From positions 78,703 through 113,849 of the forward strand of contig JARVGK010000006.1 in assembly GCA_029762535.1 (NCBI GenBank): a stretch of 35,147 bases of DNA. The letters are read 5' to 3'. This DNA comes from Thermoplasmatota archaeon (GTDB lineage Archaea; Thermoplasmatota; Penumbrarchaeia; Penumbrarchaeales; Penumbrarchaeaceae). The notes beneath the pieces are model-generated. The model worked only from the letters and a program-made list of their open reading frames with translations. It did not search any database and had not been told where the DNA came from. Shown piece by piece: positions 34,067 to 35,147 of this stretch. The translations under genes and the position numbers were made by a program. The first letter of the stretch is position 1; the number at the start of each line of letters is the position of its first letter.

Positions 34067-35147
34067 TCAAAGAGAAAGATACCTGCTGATCTCCCACTCC
34101 CCGACATGCTTCCTGTACTCCACAGCCTCCCTGCTCTTCCTCTCGATCAGAGCATCGAATAGCTCGGATCCGAGCGAGAGTCTCACGATATCGTCGGAGA
34201 GTGCGGCATCCACAGCCTCACTAAGGGATGATGGCAGCAGTTCTACCCCTTGTTCCTTCTTCTGACCTTCTGATAGTTTGTTCGGATCCGTGTCAAGCGG
34301 AGCGGGAGGTTCGATCCCTTTCTCTATACCATCCAGGCCTGCCTGGATCAGAACTGTGAAGGCGAGATAGGGATTGCACGAGGTGTCGGCATGCCTTATC
34401 TCGATATCCCCCACTCGTCTCGATCCGGGGGAACCTGGTATCCTTACCATCGTGGTCCGGTTCCTGTAGCCCCAAGAAGCGTAAACGGGGGCCTCGAACT
34501 GCGGTATCAGCCTCTTGTAGGAGTTGATGGTCGGATTCGTCACTATGCAGGTGGCCCTTGCATGGCTCAGTATGCCGCCGATGAAGTGTAGCGCCGTCTT
34601 TGAAAGCTCCATATCTTTTCTCTGATCAACGAACGCCGATCCATTTTCACCTTCAAGCCATGCATGTATGTGCATTCCGTTTCCGGAGTCCACATCCGAG
34701 ATCTTAGGCATGTAGGATACGAAATAACCGAATTCCCGCGCGGTTAGTCTGGATAGGAGCTTGTAGAGCATCGCGGCATCGGCACATTCGATGATGTCTG
34801 GAACGTGCTTGAACTCGATCTCGACCTGGTCCGCACCCCCCTCGTGGTGATGGAACTTGATATCCAGGCCGGCTTTCAAGAGATTGCTCGTGAACTCGTT
34901 GCGGAACGCATCGGTGTTGTCCAGAGGGATGGAAGCGAAGTAACCTTTCTTTGGCTGTATATCAAGGATGGACCTCTCCCCCACCATATCCTCAATATCG
35001 GAATCCTCCTTGAAGAGATAGAATTCGAGTTCGGGCTGGAGATGCGCCCTCTTGTATCCCATGCTGATAAGATGCTCTTTGCAACGCTTCAGCGCGTTCC
35101 TTGGGTCCATGGAGAAAGGTCGGGATCCGTCCGAGGTGAAGGTATCT
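34067..35147 (-). CDS. glnA: Glutamine synthetase type I family protein (5' part outside window)
   Basis: PELEFYLF, HHEGG-x-x-Q-x-EI, MPK...SGNGMHIH, NPTINSYKRL, FEAP, NRTTMVRIP and NPYLA. The frame is open to the window edge. A GS-like gamma-glutamyl ligase cannot be excluded. Confidence 0.88.
   Translation of the reverse strand, partial: DTFTSDGSRPFSMDPRNALKRCKEHLISMGYKRAHLQPELEFYLFKEDSDIEDMVGERSILDIQPKKGYFASIPLDNTDAFRNEFTSNLLKAGLDIKFHHHEGGADQVEIEFKHVPDIIECADAAMLYKLLSRLTAREFGYFVSYMPKISDVDSGNGMHIHAWLEGENGSAFVDQRKDMELSKTALHFIGGILSHARATCIVTNPTINSYKRLIPQFEAPVYASWGYRNRTTMVRIPGSPGSRRVGDIEIRHADTSCNPYLAFTVLIQAGLDGIEKGIEPPAPLDTDPNKLSEGQKKEQGVELLPSSLSEAVDAALSDDIVRLSLGSELFDALIERKSREAVEYRKHVGEWEISRYLSL

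Noticed and set aside
1-35147. Apparent abundance of GATC/GGATCC words
   Set aside because: This is only a visual impression and is plausibly explained by ATC and GAT codon preference. It would need a codon-aware Markov test that I cannot run.

Overview
Archaeal chromosomal window. Evidence: an NMD3 gene, class III pilin signal peptides, TATA boxes 23-30 nt upstream of leaderless starts and GGTGA-type Shine-Dalgarno (SD) motifs. The surface-protein style suggests an uncultured Thermoplasmatota, which is an inference. Left end: tRNA-Leu(GAG) fused to about 2.4 copies of a highly structured 171-bp tandem repeat built from the tRNA 5' end, then wecB, then a cluster of micro-ORFs of 21-59 aa not called as such in the ORF track. 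Middle: DUF401 membrane protein, a large repeat surface protein, patatin, a cupin, bacterial-type metK-ahcY and nmd3. A ~17 kb cell-surface locus (12647-29331) holds two paralogous pilin-like genes, a ~2520-aa giant pilin/adhesin (CARDB, VWA, LamG, PA14 and a C-terminal membrane anchor), a membrane protein with extracellular Ig/PKD-like domains and a cytoplasmic J domain, a zinc-ribbon coiled-coil protein and a 14-repeat FG-GAP protein. Right end: MBL hydrolase, a degenerate XPD/DinG-like helicase, a tandem Lrp/AsnC regulator, a PfkB kinase and a partial glnA. Two genes (wecB, MBL hydrolase) appear to need CTG starts. No CRISPR array, integrase or transposase is visible. All family calls come from motif recognition by eye; no searches were run.
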